NCBI GenBank assembly: GCA_019244185.1 | Contig: JAFATB010000005.1 | Coordinates: forward strand, 96,001 to 160,000 | Direction: 5' to 3' | Origin: Acidobacteriota bacterium | Lineage (GTDB): Bacteria > Acidobacteriota > Thermoanaerobaculia > Gp7-AA8 | DNA: 64,000 nt | Shown here: positions 9,541 to 18,973 of the stretch, piece after piece | How the letters are laid out: the number at the start of each line of letters is the position of its first letter | How positions within the stretch are numbered: the stretch's first letter is position 1 | Program-made: the position numbers and the translations under genes | The notes under the pieces: generated by a model | The model's database searches: none | Seen by the model: only the letters and a program-made list of their open reading frames with translations | Told to the model about the DNA's origin: nothing

Positions 9541-11162
9541 GCGATTGTAAGCACCTCGCGCACGCGCCGCGCGATCTCCTCTTCGGCATCGACCGCGATG
9601 TCGCGCTCGCGCTCCGCCGCCTCGAGCAGCGACCGCAGCGCGCGGTACGCATCGCCCCGATCGCTGCGCTCTTCGAGCAATACCGCGGGCGCGACGCCGA
9701 GCTCCGCGTCGACGCGCTGACGGATCTCCGCGGCGCTGCGTCCTTCGACGATCTCACGCACGCGACGCCGCACCGCGAGCGCACGCCGCGCGCGCGGAAT
9801 CGCCTCGAATGCGAGCACCACCGCGAGCACAATGCCCGCGACGATCGGCCAGCGCCCGCGCCGCGGCGCGGGCAGACTGTTGTCGCCGCCGCGATTGGGA
9901 CGATCGGGCACCGCGCGCGAGCCCTGCGCGACGAGCACCGACGCCTTGCAGCGCAGCTCCTTCCGCTCGTGCGTCGCGGGGACGAAGACGTTCATCGCGA
10001 TCGGCGGAATCTCGAACACGCCGGGATGCGCGGGAAAGATGAGATAGCGCCACCGCCGCGTCATCGTCAGCGGCCCGTCGTCGTGCGCGATCGACGTCTC
10101 CCCGCCGTCGACTTCGACCGTGCCGTCGACGGTGCCCGCGAGGCGCGGCGCCGGCGCGGCGCGCACGTTCGCGAAGCCGGAGAGCGTCACGCCGGCGACG
10201 ATCGGTCCGCCGTTGCGCTGCTGCGGGATGTCGCAGTTCAGCGCGAGATCGCCGACCGCGTCGACGGGCGGGCCGGGCGGGAGCGGCTGGACGTCGAGCG
10301 TGACCGGCGCCGAGGTGTAGCTCGTGTCGACGAGCTCCCCTTCGAACATCGAGAACGGCCCGCCGCGCACGCGCCGCATCACCGCCGCTTCGAGCGTGAG
10401 CCCTTCGATCTTCAGCGTGCCGTCGTGCAGCGGAAAGAGCGCCGCGCGGCGGATCGGCAAGCGCTGCATCAGCACGCCGCCGACGTACACGCGTTCGAGC
10501 GCGTCTTCTTTCAGCGGCAGTTCCTCGACCCAGAAGTCGGCGAGCTTCGGCAGCCCCACGATGTGCCACTCCTGCACCGTCGTCGCGTTGTAGAGCATCC
10601 ACGTGACGAGCACCGGCTCGCCGGCGACCGCGCCGTGCTTGTCGACTTCCGCGACGACGAACAGCGGATCGCGGTTGCTCGCCAGCAGCTCGCGCAACAC
10701 CGTCTCCGCATCGTTCGACCCGCTGATGCGATCGGCCAGCACATTGACCGCGACCGCCGGCAACGTCTCGCGTTGCCCGTCCGGCGACGACAACACCACC
10801 GGCCCCACCATCGCCGCGCCCGCCGCCACCCCGCGCACGCGATACCGAAACGTCTTCCGCCGCGACGCGCTCCCATTCATCCACGCGAACTCGCTCGACA
10901 CCCACGGCTCGCCCACGAACGCCAGGTTCCGCAGCGGCACGTTGACACTGTCAACCGAAGCGAACGGCCCGTCGACGGTGAGCGTGACGGTGGTGAGATC
11001 GGTGAGGGGGAAGGCGCGGGGGTCGACGGAGAGCTCGGAAGCAAAAGCTGAATGAAGAACGCAGAACGCAGAATGAAGAATGAAGAAAGCCACCACCCGC
11101 GCCCATTTCTTCATTCTTCGTTCTGCGTTCTGCATTCTCAATTCATCTTCTCTCCTCACCAC
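9537..11162 (-). CDS. BatD-family protein (start could be 11162, 11135 or 11114)
   Basis: Signal peptide, beta-rich repeats, VDAVG, FEIPP, C-terminal TM; last Bat gene of the MoxR/VWA operon. Confidence 0.75.
   Translation of the reverse strand: MVRREDELRMQNAERRMKKWARVVAFFILHSAFCVLHSAFASELSVDPRAFPLTDLTTVTLTVDGPFASVDSVNVPLRNLAFVGEPWVSSEFAWMNGSASRRKTFRYRVRGVAAGAAMVGPVVLSSPDGQRETLPAVAVNVLADRISGSNDAETVLRELLASNRDPLFVVAEVDKHGAVAGEPVLVTWMLYNATTVQEWHIVGLPKLADFWVEELPLKEDALERVYVGGVLMQRLPIRRAALFPLHDGTLKIEGLTLEAAVMRRVRGGPFSMFEGELVDTSYTSAPVTLDVQPLPPGPPVDAVGDLALNCDIPQQRNGGPIVAGVTLSGFANVRAAPAPRLAGTVDGTVEVDGGETSIAHDDGPLTMTRRWRYLIFPAHPGVFEIPPIAMNVFVPATHERKELRCKASVLVAQGSRAVPDRPNRGGDNSLPAPRRGRWPIVAGIVLAVVLAFEAIPRARRALAVRRRVREIVEGRSAAEIRQRVDAELGVAPAVLLEERSDRGDAYRALRSLLEAAERERDIAVDAEEEIARRVREVLTIA
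11050..11144. repeat. Inverted pair of heptamer tandem arrays (GAAYGMA x5 / TKCRTTC x5)
   Basis: GAATGAA GAACGCA GAACGCA GAATGAA GAATGAA GAAA, 17-nt spacer, TTTC TTCATTC TTCGTTC TGCGTTC TGCATTC TCAATTC. Confidence 0.9.
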
Positions 11163-11770
11163 CCCACCCGCCCCTCCCCCGCCCGCGCTTTCATGCGGCG
11201 GATCTCTTCCTGCTCCTGTTGCTGGACGCTGCGCAGGAGCGCGGAGAGGTCGGGTTGGCCGGGCTTCGGCGACGATTTCGTGCCGGGCTGCTGCGGTTGC
11301 GGCTGCGGGTTGTTCTTCCCGTGGCCGCCTTGCTGGCCGCCGCGCGTCGATTGCTGGTCGGCTTGTTTGCGCGCGAGCGCGAGCTCGAGGTTGCGTTTTG
11401 CGCCGGCGTGATGCGGGTTCGCGCGGAGCGCCTCGATGTAGTCGGCGATGGCGTGGTCGAGCGCTTTGGCGGCGAAGGCGCTGTTGCCGCGGTTGAAGAA
11501 TGCATCGGCGCGAAGCTGCGGATCGCGCAGCGCGGGCTGCAGCGTCGTCGAGCCTTGCTCGCGTTGTCCGGCGGCGATCTGCGCGGTGCCGAGGTTGAAG
11601 GCGGATTGCGCGGACGGCGCCAGTGCGTTCGCGCGCGTGAACGACTGCACGGACTGCGCGTACTGCTGCTTCGCGTACGCCTGCGCGCCGCGCGCGCTCG
11701 CGGCGTGCGAGTTCGTGTCACGCAGGAACGCGCCGAGGCTGATCGCGGCGAGGATCACGAGCGGCTTCAT
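11156..11770 (-). CDS. TPR protein, BatC-like
   Basis: FNLGTA/FNRGNS TPRs, AKRNLELAL, Q-rich tail, terminal W; ATGA coupling with the upstream gene. Confidence 0.85.
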   Translation of the reverse strand: MKPLVILAAISLGAFLRDTNSHAASARGAQAYAKQQYAQSVQSFTRANALAPSAQSAFNLGTAQIAAGQREQGSTTLQPALRDPQLRADAFFNRGNSAFAAKALDHAIADYIEALRANPHHAGAKRNLELALARKQADQQSTRGGQQGGHGKNNPQPQPQQPGTKSSPKPGQPDLSALLRSVQQQEQEEIRRMKARAGEGRVGW

Positions 11771-12720
11771 TCGGCACCTCGATGCGCGAGCGAGCCGAGG
11801 AAGAAGGCGACGAAGGCGAAGCCGAGCGCCCACTGGTAGCGATCGACCGGCACGCGCGCAACGGTCTCGCGCGCCTTCGCCACGCGCGCGCTGCCGAGGA
11901 GCGGATCGAGCGCGTGCGCCGCGAACGGGTTCTCCAGCATCGTGCCGCCGGTGCCGTTTGCGATGTCGCGCAGGACGTCGCCGCGCGCGTAGGTCGTTAC
12001 GACGTCGCCCGTCGCATCGCGCAGCGGCCCGTGTCCGGTCGGAATCGTGGCGCCGTTCGCGGAGCCGAGGAGGATCGTCGACACGGGCACGCCACGCGTC
12101 TTCGCGCGCTGCACGGCTTCGGCGACGCGCGCTCCTTGTTCCTCGCCGTCGCTGATCAGCACGAGATCGGCTTTTTGCGAGGGATCGCTGTCGATGAGGC
12201 GGAGCGAGCCGAGGATCGCGCTGCCGAGGTCCGAGCCGGGCTCGCCGACCTCGCCGGCCTGCAGCGTGTCGACGAGCGCGAGCACCGCGTCACCGTCGCT
12301 CGTGAGGGGCGAAACGACTTCCGGCTCTGACTCGAAGACGACGAGCCCGATCCGTCCTTCCTGCGCGTCGATGAGCCGCTTCGCGATCGCTTTGGCCGCG
12401 TCGAGGCGCGAGGCACCGACGTCTTCGGCGGCCATGCTGTTCGAGACGTCGATGAGGATGACGCGATTCGCTTCGCGCGCGACGACCGGCATCAGCGTGT
12501 AACCGGCGTACGGCCCCGCAAGCGCGACGACGGACGCGGCGAGCGCGACGCCGAGGAGCCACGGACGCAGCGCGCGCGCGGGCATGGTCACGCCGCGCAG
12601 ACGCTCGCTCGCGAAGCGCCGCGCGAGGCGAATGCGCGTGCGCTCGCGCGTCACGAGGAACAGCAGCGCGAACGGCACGAGCGCGAGGAGCCAGAGCAGC
12701 AGCACGTCGCGGAAGCTCAT
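11767..12720 (-). CDS. VWA domain protein, BatB-like
   Basis: N- and C-terminal TMs; MIDAS DVSNSM; LISDGE. Confidence 0.88.
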   Translation of the reverse strand: MSFRDVLLLWLLALVPFALLFLVTRERTRIRLARRFASERLRGVTMPARALRPWLLGVALAASVVALAGPYAGYTLMPVVAREANRVILIDVSNSMAAEDVGASRLDAAKAIAKRLIDAQEGRIGLVVFESEPEVVSPLTSDGDAVLALVDTLQAGEVGEPGSDLGSAILGSLRLIDSDPSQKADLVLISDGEEQGARVAEAVQRAKTRGVPVSTILLGSANGATIPTGHGPLRDATGDVVTTYARGDVLRDIANGTGGTMLENPFAAHALDPLLGSARVAKARETVARVPVDRYQWALGFAFVAFFLGSLAHRGAE

Positions 12721-13724
12721 GCCGGCACCTTCAGCCAGAGCGTCTCGCCGCCGAGGAGCGACAGCGCGAGCAGCGCGAGCGCGGCACCGAGCGGCCAGAC
12801 GTACAGCTCGTCGATCTGCTCGCGCTTCGGCGCGGTGAGGCGCGTCTTCTCGAGCGCGTCGATGCGCTTGAGCACCGCGCCGAGCGCCTGCGCGTCCGTC
12901 GCGCGGAAGAACGCGCCGCCGGTCGTCGACGCGATCGCTTCCAGCGTCTTCTCATCGAGCTCGCCGCGGATGTGCGTGTAGATCGTCTCGATCGCGCCGG
13001 TGAACGGATTCTGCCGCTTCACCGGCAGCGGCACCGGACCTTCCGAGCCGACGCCGATCGTGTAGACCTTGATGCCCGCGGCGGCCGCGAGTTGCGCGGC
13101 GACGAGCGGATCGATCGAGCCGGAGTTGTTGACGCCGTCCGTCACGAGGATGACCACGCGGCTGCGCGTCTTCGAGTTGCGCAGGCGGTTGACGGCCGTG
13201 GCGAGCGCGTGGCCGATCGCGGTGCCGTTGCCGTGCTCGCCGATCTCCGCCTTCGCGAGCACGGCTTCGATGATGCGGCGGTCGTACGTGATCGGCACGC
13301 GCGTCGCCGCGCGGCTGCCGAACGTCACGATGCCGATGCGATCATCGGTGCGGCGGCGGATGAAGTCGCCGATCAGCTCTTTCGCGACGGCGAAGCGGTT
13401 GCGCGGACGAAAGTCTTCCGCGGCCATGGAGCCCGAGGCGTCGAGCGCGACGACGATGTCGATGCCGTAGCGGTCGCTCGCCGCGAGGCGCACCACGCGC
13501 TGCGGACGCGCCAGCGCGACGACGAGCAGCAGCATCGCCAGCGTCTCCAGTGCGAACGGCAGCGCCGCCGTCATGACACGCAGTCCCGGCGCCGGCGCGA
13601 CGAGCGCGAGCGACGAGTAACCGAACGCGCCGACGCGCTGCCGCCGGTCGCGGACCACAAGCGCGACGCGCGCGGCCACCGCAAGCGCGAGCGCGAACCA
13701 CAGCGGATCAGCGAAACGCGTCAT
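12717..13724 (-). CDS. VWA domain protein, BatA-like
   Basis: MTRFADPLW; LARPQ; DASGSM; GTAIG; LVTDG; YTIGVG; start trimmed from 14123. Confidence 0.9.
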   Translation of the reverse strand: MTRFADPLWFALALAVAARVALVVRDRRQRVGAFGYSSLALVAPAPGLRVMTAALPFALETLAMLLLVVALARPQRVVRLAASDRYGIDIVVALDASGSMAAEDFRPRNRFAVAKELIGDFIRRRTDDRIGIVTFGSRAATRVPITYDRRIIEAVLAKAEIGEHGNGTAIGHALATAVNRLRNSKTRSRVVILVTDGVNNSGSIDPLVAAQLAAAAGIKVYTIGVGSEGPVPLPVKRQNPFTGAIETIYTHIRGELDEKTLEAIASTTGGAFFRATDAQALGAVLKRIDALEKTRLTAPKREQIDELYVWPLGAALALLALSLLGGETLWLKVPA

Positions 13725-14467
13725 GCCGCCCGCTCCGTCGCAGCGATCGGCGGCGGCTCCGGCGGCGGAATGAGCGCCAGCGCGTCCGCAGCCACCGCAT
13801 CGAAATCGCGCTCCTCGGCGCCCGACGTCGAGAACTTTTCGAGATCGCCCTGCCGCAGGATCATGGCGACGGCGTCGCGCTCGTCGCCGAGTCGCGGCAG
13901 CAGCTCGCTCGTGGTCAGCTCGCGGCCGAGTCCCGCACGCGTTGCCGCGAGAAACACGCGCGTCTCGTCGGCGAGGCGCGACCAGCGCAACGGCTCGAAC
14001 GGATGCGCGCGCAGCGCGTCGATCGCGCGGCGGAAACGCTCGTCCGGCGGCAGCGCGGGAACCGTTGCAGCCATCGTCTGCTTCGCGCGACGCCACACGA
14101 GCAGCCAGACGCCGAGCGCGCAAAGCGCCGCGATCGCGATCGCGACGAACGGCAGGCGCGGATACGCCGTCGCGCGCGGCGGCGCGAGCGGCGCGGGCTT
14201 GCGGTCGTCGTTCGGCTTCAGCACCGAATGCATCGGCACGACGAGGTTGCGAAAGTGCACGCCGCGCACGACGCCGCTGAGCGCGAACGGTTTCGGATCG
14301 AACGTGCGCACCACGACGTCCGCGCCGCGCTGCGACACGATCTCGTACGCGGGCGAGGCGTCCAGCGTCACCGGGCCGTCGAAGTGGATCGCGATCGGAT
14401 CGCCGACCGTCGGCGCGGCCGGTTGAAACGTCGCGGTGATCGCCAGTGCGAGAACGGGAAGGATCAT
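13721..14467 (-). CDS. Membrane protein of the Bat operon (single TM, TTSEL/DLEKF region)
   Basis: Start MILPVLAL coupled to the DUF58 stop; usual position between DUF58 and BatA. Confidence 0.75.
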   Translation of the reverse strand: MILPVLALAITATFQPAAPTVGDPIAIHFDGPVTLDASPAYEIVSQRGADVVVRTFDPKPFALSGVVRGVHFRNLVVPMHSVLKPNDDRKPAPLAPPRATAYPRLPFVAIAIAALCALGVWLLVWRRAKQTMAATVPALPPDERFRRAIDALRAHPFEPLRWSRLADETRVFLAATRAGLGRELTTSELLPRLGDERDAVAMILRQGDLEKFSTSGAEERDFDAVAADALALIPPPEPPPIAATERAA

Positions 14468-15369
14468 GCCGGTCGGTGCTGGCGCGCGCTCCGCTCGCGG
14501 AAGAAGCGCAGCAACGCGCGGTCGTAGGGAACAGCCGTGGACACGGCGAGGTGATCGATGGCCGACGCGCGCAGCCGACGCTCGAGCTGCGTGCGCCGCA
14601 GCGCGCCGCTTTGCGCGACGCCGGAACGCCGCAGATCGACGAGGCGCGCGCCGCCGCTCTCGAGATCGACGAGCCGCGCCAGCCCGCGGTCGGGAAAGCG
14701 CTCCTCGCGCGGATCGACGATCGGCACGGCGATGACGTCGTGCTTGCGGTTGAGGCGCTTGAGCGGCCGCTCGAACGCGATTTCGAGAAAGTCCGACAGC
14801 ACGAGCACGACCGCGCGCTTCACCGCGACGCGTTCGAGAAACCCCGCGGCGAGCTCGAGGTCCGCGCGCCCGTGCGGCCCGCGCATGGCCGCGTCCACCG
14901 CCGCGCGCACGAGGACTTGCGCGTGCGCTCGTCCGCGCCGCGGCGGGATGTACGCGCGGATCGCATCCGAGAACAGCAGCAGCCCGACGCGATCGGAGTT
15001 CTCGACCGCGGAGAACGCGAACACGGCCGCGAGCTCCGCCGCGAGATCGCACTTGCGCCAGTCCACCGAGCCGAACGCCATCGAGCCGGAGACATCAACC
15101 GCGATGAGGATCGTGAGGTCGCGCTCTTCGATGAACTCCTTGACGTGCGGCACGCCGCTGCGCGCGGTGACGTTCCAGTCGATCGTGCGGATGTCGTCGC
15201 CGGGCAGATACTCGCGCACCTGCGAGAACTCGATGCCGCGGCCGTGAAACGCGGAGTGGTAGTCGCCCGCGAAGCCCGCGCGGATCATGCGCGCCGAGAC
15301 GAGCTCGAGGTCGCGCACGCGCCGCACGACCGGCGCGCGCAGGTCGGGAGTCCGGCGCCGGAACCTCAC
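14464..15369 (-). CDS. DUF58 domain protein
   Basis: GRGIEFSQVREYLPGDDIRTIDWNVTAR; DVSGSM; VLSDF. Confidence 0.92.
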   Translation of the reverse strand: MRFRRRTPDLRAPVVRRVRDLELVSARMIRAGFAGDYHSAFHGRGIEFSQVREYLPGDDIRTIDWNVTARSGVPHVKEFIEERDLTILIAVDVSGSMAFGSVDWRKCDLAAELAAVFAFSAVENSDRVGLLLFSDAIRAYIPPRRGRAHAQVLVRAAVDAAMRGPHGRADLELAAGFLERVAVKRAVVLVLSDFLEIAFERPLKRLNRKHDVIAVPIVDPREERFPDRGLARLVDLESGGARLVDLRRSGVAQSGALRRTQLERRLRASAIDHLAVSTAVPYDRALLRFFRERSARQHRPA

Positions 15370-16340
15370 GGCACCGCGACCGCTCCCAGGATCTGGTCGA
15401 GGATGCGATCGGCCGGCATCTGCTCCGCCGCCGCCTCGTAGCTGAGCACGAGCCGGTGCCGCAGCACGTCGTGAGCGACGGCCTTGACGTCTTCCGGCAC
15501 GACGTACGTGCGCCCGCCGAGGAACGCGTGCGCTTTCGCAACGTGCGCGAGCGCGAGCGTGGCGCGCGGAGACGCGCCGAACGAGATCAGGTTTGCCAGC
15601 GACGGCAACCGAAAGTCTGCCGGCCGGCGCGTGGCGTTCACGAGCTGCACGATGTACCGGCCGATGCGTTCGTCGGTGTGCACGCTCGCCGCGAGTTTCG
15701 CGACGCGATGAATCTCGTCGATGCCGAAGACGCGCTGCACGCCGACGCTCTCGCGCGTCGGATCGAGATACAACCCGAGCATCCGCAGCTCTTCCTCCGC
15801 GCTCGGATACTCCACCTTCAGCTTCATCACGAACCGATCGACCTGCGCCTCGGGTAACGCATACGTTCCCTCGTGCTCGATCGGGTTCTGCGTGGCGATC
15901 ACGACGAACGGATCCGGCAGCGCGTACGACTGATCGCCGATCGTCACCTGCCGCTCCTGCATCGCCTCGAGCAGCGCGCTCTGCACTTTCGCCGGCGCGC
16001 GGTTGATCTCGTCGGCGAGGATGAGGTTCGCGAAGACGGGGCCAAGGCGCGCGTTGAACGTGCGGCCGGCGGGATCGAAGATCTGCGTGCCGGTGATGTC
16101 GGCGGGCAGCAGATCGGGCGTGAACTGGATGCGCTTGAACGTGGCGTCGAGCGCCGACGCGAGCGTCTTCACGAGCAGCGTCTTGGCGAGGCCGGGCAGG
16201 CCTTCGACGAGCACGTGGCCGCGGATCAGAATGGCGATGAGCAGACGGTTGACGATCGCGTCCTGCCCGATGACGACGCGCCCGACCTCGGCGCGCAGCC
16301 GCGCAAGCGTCTCATGAGCCTGTTCGGTGGCTTCCTGCAT
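15366..16340 (-). CDS. moxR: MoxR-family AAA+ ATPase
   Basis: GLPGLAKT, RIQFTPDLLPAD, DEINRA, ATQNPIE and ASPRA motifs. Confidence 0.95.
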   Translation of the reverse strand: MQEATEQAHETLARLRAEVGRVVIGQDAIVNRLLIAILIRGHVLVEGLPGLAKTLLVKTLASALDATFKRIQFTPDLLPADITGTQIFDPAGRTFNARLGPVFANLILADEINRAPAKVQSALLEAMQERQVTIGDQSYALPDPFVVIATQNPIEHEGTYALPEAQVDRFVMKLKVEYPSAEEELRMLGLYLDPTRESVGVQRVFGIDEIHRVAKLAASVHTDERIGRYIVQLVNATRRPADFRLPSLANLISFGASPRATLALAHVAKAHAFLGGRTYVVPEDVKAVAHDVLRHRLVLSYEAAAEQMPADRILDQILGAVAVP

Positions 16341-16349
16341 GCGGCGATC

Positions 16350-16359
16350 AGTCTAAACT
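16350..16359. promoter_or_regulatory. Overlapping -10 hexamers of a probable bidirectional promoter (moxR/rsmA)
   Basis: AGTCTAAACT gives TAAACT (+) 7 nt before the rsmA GTG and TAGACT (-) 9 nt before the moxR ATG; only 26 nt separate the starts. Confidence 0.6.
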
Positions 16360-16366
16360 GCGCGCC

Positions 16367-17146
16367 GTGCGCCCGAAGAAAAAGTGGGGTCAAAACTTTC
16401 TCCGCAATCGCGGCGCCGTGGCGAAGATCGTCGAAGCGGTTGACGCACAGCCGGACGAGGTCGTGCTCGAGATCGGCCCCGGCGAAGGCGTGCTCACCGA
16501 AAAACTGGTCGCGCTGCCGAATCCGCTCGTCGCCATCGAGATCGATCCCGAGCTCGCCGCGCGACTGCGCGCGCGTTTCGGCGAGCGGCTGACGCTGCGC
16601 AACGAGGACGCGGTCGACGCTCCGCTGCCGGAGACGCCGTATCGCGCCGTCGGCAACCTGCCGTACAACGTCGGCACGCCGATCCTCCGCCGCGTCATCG
16701 CCGACCCGCACTGCCGCCGCGCGGTGTTCATGCTGCAGAAGGAAGTCGCGGACCGCGTCGTGGCCAAGCCCGGCAGCGATCCGTACGGCTATCTCACGCT
16801 GTACGTCGCCGCGTTCGCGAGCGCGCGCATCGCCATGACGCTCGATCCGCGCTCGTTCCATCCGCCGCCGAAAGTACGCAGCGCCGTGGTCGTGCTCGAC
16901 CCGCGCGATCCGCAGCTGGCCGCCGAGCGCACGCTCGTACTCGATCTCGTCAGCGCGTCGTTCCGCATGCGCCGGAAGAAGCTGGTCAACAACTTGACCG
17001 GTTGGCGGAACCTCACGCGCGAGGACGTGCTGTCCTTGATGCAGCGCGCTGCCATCGACCTCGACGTCCGCGCGGAGACGATGTCGCTCGCCGACTTCGA
17101 CCGCTTCGCCGTCGCCTACTCCGCGCTCGCGTCGCCCGGCTCGTAG
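16367..17146 (+). CDS. rsmA: 16S rRNA (adenine-N6,N6)-dimethyltransferase
   Basis: GQNFL, EIGPGEG, GNLPYN, MLQKEVA, FHPPPKVRS and RRKKL motifs. Confidence 0.95.
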   Translation: MRPKKKWGQNFLRNRGAVAKIVEAVDAQPDEVVLEIGPGEGVLTEKLVALPNPLVAIEIDPELAARLRARFGERLTLRNEDAVDAPLPETPYRAVGNLPYNVGTPILRRVIADPHCRRAVFMLQKEVADRVVAKPGSDPYGYLTLYVAAFASARIAMTLDPRSFHPPPKVRSAVVVLDPRDPQLAAERTLVLDLVSASFRMRRKKLVNNLTGWRNLTREDVLSLMQRAAIDLDVRAETMSLADFDRFAVAYSALASPGS

Positions 17147-18174
17147 CGCCACTCCGTCTCATGCTTCGCCCCCTCGGCGAACCGTGGGTCGACGTAGTCC
17201 TCGAACGCGATGTCATGGTCGAGCACTCCGGTCTCGCGCATCAGCCGGACGATCAGCTCGAAGTCTTTGCGCAGCGGCGTGAGCGGCTGGTACTGCACGC
17301 GTTCGAGCGGCTTCGTCAGCGCCCACTTGAGCAGCTTCGGATCCTGGCGATAGTAGAAGCGGCCGACGAAATCGGCGGCGTGCTCGCGGCGCGCGCGGCG
17401 CTTCGGCGGGTTCTCGAGCCACAGTCCCGACCGCGCGATGCCGTCGACGAGCACCTGCACCGCCTCCGGCCTGCGGTCGATGACGTCCTGCCGCACGACG
17501 AGCACGCAAGAGATGAAGTCCGGCCAGTACTGCCGCGCGTGGAAGAGCACGCGCCCGAAGCCAGCCGACTCGGCCTGCGACGGATACGGCTCGCCCATCG
17601 AGAACGCGTCGATTGCGCCGGCCGCGAGCGCGCCGGCGACGTCCGGCGGCGCCATCTCGACAAGCCGCAGGTCGCGCGCGCTCATGCCGTTCGCCGCCAT
17701 CGCGCGGAAGAGGATCAGCCGCTCGTCCGAGTAGCGGCTCGGCACGGCCACAATCCTCCCTTTCAGATCGGCGAACGAATGCACCGGTCCGTTCTTCTGC
17801 ACGACCACGGCGCTTCCGTAGCGGTGTCCGAGGTAGACGATCTTGATCGGAACGCCCTGAGCACGCAGGGCAATCGCCATCGGCGCGACCATGAACGCCG
17901 CCTGCATCTGGTTCGAGATCAGCGCTTCCTTGATCTCAGGGAACCCCTGGAACATCCGCGGAATGAACAGATGCCCCGACTTCGAGTAGGCGGAGATGTA
18001 GTCGGTGACCGGGCACGCGAGGTGTCACGTGACCGGGATGTAGGCGACGTTGAGCTTGCGCTCGCGTTCCGGCAATCGATCGTTGAGCAGCACCTTCCAG
18101 TCGACGTTCATCGACAGGTGCGCGGCAGTGATGAACGCCAGCCATGCGGCAACGGCGACTCCGATCTTTCGCAC
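17116..18174 (-). CDS. NitT/TauT-type ABC substrate-binding protein with in-frame TGA at codon 50 (candidate selenoprotein; alternatively a nonsense-mutated gene)
   Basis: SD AAAGGAGGAG + GTG at 18174 is in frame with track ORF 17116..17955; single TGA at 18025-18027 in YIPVT*HLACP; NMT1-like C-terminal part (DLKG, GAIDA, EPY). Confidence 0.8.
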
Positions 18175-18196
18175 GCGACTCCTCCTTTCGTTCGTG

Positions 18197-18973
18197 TCAT
18201 TCGTGAAATGCCCAGCGCACCGCGCGCAGCGTCTCGGCGCGGCGGATCAGCGTGTCGAGAATCAGTCCGAGCAGGCCGATGAGCAGCATGCCGCCGACGA
18301 CGAGGTCGTAGCGCTTGCCGGCGTTGCGCGCGTCGATGATGAGATAGCCGAGCCCCGAGTCGACGGCGATCATCTCCGCCGCCACGAGCACGAGCCACGC
18401 GACGCCGAAGGCGATGCGCAGCCCCACCAGAATGCGCGGCAGGATCGCGGGAAAGAGCACGCGCGTGATGAGCGCCCGCGTCGAGAGCCCGAAGTTGCGC
18501 CCCGCCTGCACGTACATCGGCGGCACGTTGCGCACGCCGTTCATCGTGGCCACGATGATCGGGAACACCGAGGCGAGGAAGATGAGGAAGATCGGCGCGA
18601 GATTGCTGACGCCGAACCAGATCACCGCGAGCGGCATCCACGCCAGCGGCGAGATCGGCCGCAGCATCTGAATGACCGGATTCGCCGCGCGCGCGAGCGA
18701 GCTCCACCACCCCATCGCCAGGCCGACCGGAATCCCGATCGCCACCGCCGCGAGATAGCCGCACGCAACGCGGAACAACGAGTCGCCCATGTACGCCCAC
18801 AGCAGTTTTCGTCGTGCGAGCTCGAGCAGTCCGCGCACGACGTCCATCGGCGAGGGAAAGATCTTCGTTCCGCTGACGACGACGGCGAGCGCCCAGAACG
18901 CGAGCAGCACGAGGCCGAGCACGACCGCACGGATGCGTCCTTCTGCCCTCTGCCTTCTGCCTTCTGCCTTCAT
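18197..18973 (-). CDS. ABC transporter permease (NitT/TauT/SsuC type)
   Basis: LRPISPLAW; LVAAEMIAVDSGLG; multiple TMs. Confidence 0.93.
   Translation of the reverse strand: MKAEGRRQRAEGRIRAVVLGLVLLAFWALAVVVSGTKIFPSPMDVVRGLLELARRKLLWAYMGDSLFRVACGYLAAVAIGIPVGLAMGWWSSLARAANPVIQMLRPISPLAWMPLAVIWFGVSNLAPIFLIFLASVFPIIVATMNGVRNVPPMYVQAGRNFGLSTRALITRVLFPAILPRILVGLRIAFGVAWLVLVAAEMIAVDSGLGYLIIDARNAGKRYDLVVGGMLLIGLLGLILDTLIRRAETLRAVRWAFHE
18939..18970 (-). repeat. Heptamer tandem repeat (AAGGCAG x4.5) directly after the permease ATG
   Basis: ATG AAGGCAG AAGGCAG AAGGCAG AGGGCAG AAGG, encoding KAEGRRQRAEG. Confidence 0.9.

Noticed and set aside
11050-11144. Repeats here and at 36704 and 43337 as CRISPR arrays
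   Set aside because: No direct repeat-spacer periodicity and no cas genes.
17116-17146. 31-nt convergent overlap of rsmA and the binding-protein gene as antisense regulation
   Set aside because: Short 3' overlaps also occur at 30902-30909 and 52841-52863 and fit simple genome compaction.
17116-17955. 279-aa ORF as the complete binding protein
   Set aside because: Lacks SD, export signal and N-terminal strand; the frame extends to a strong SD and GTG at 18174 across one TGA.
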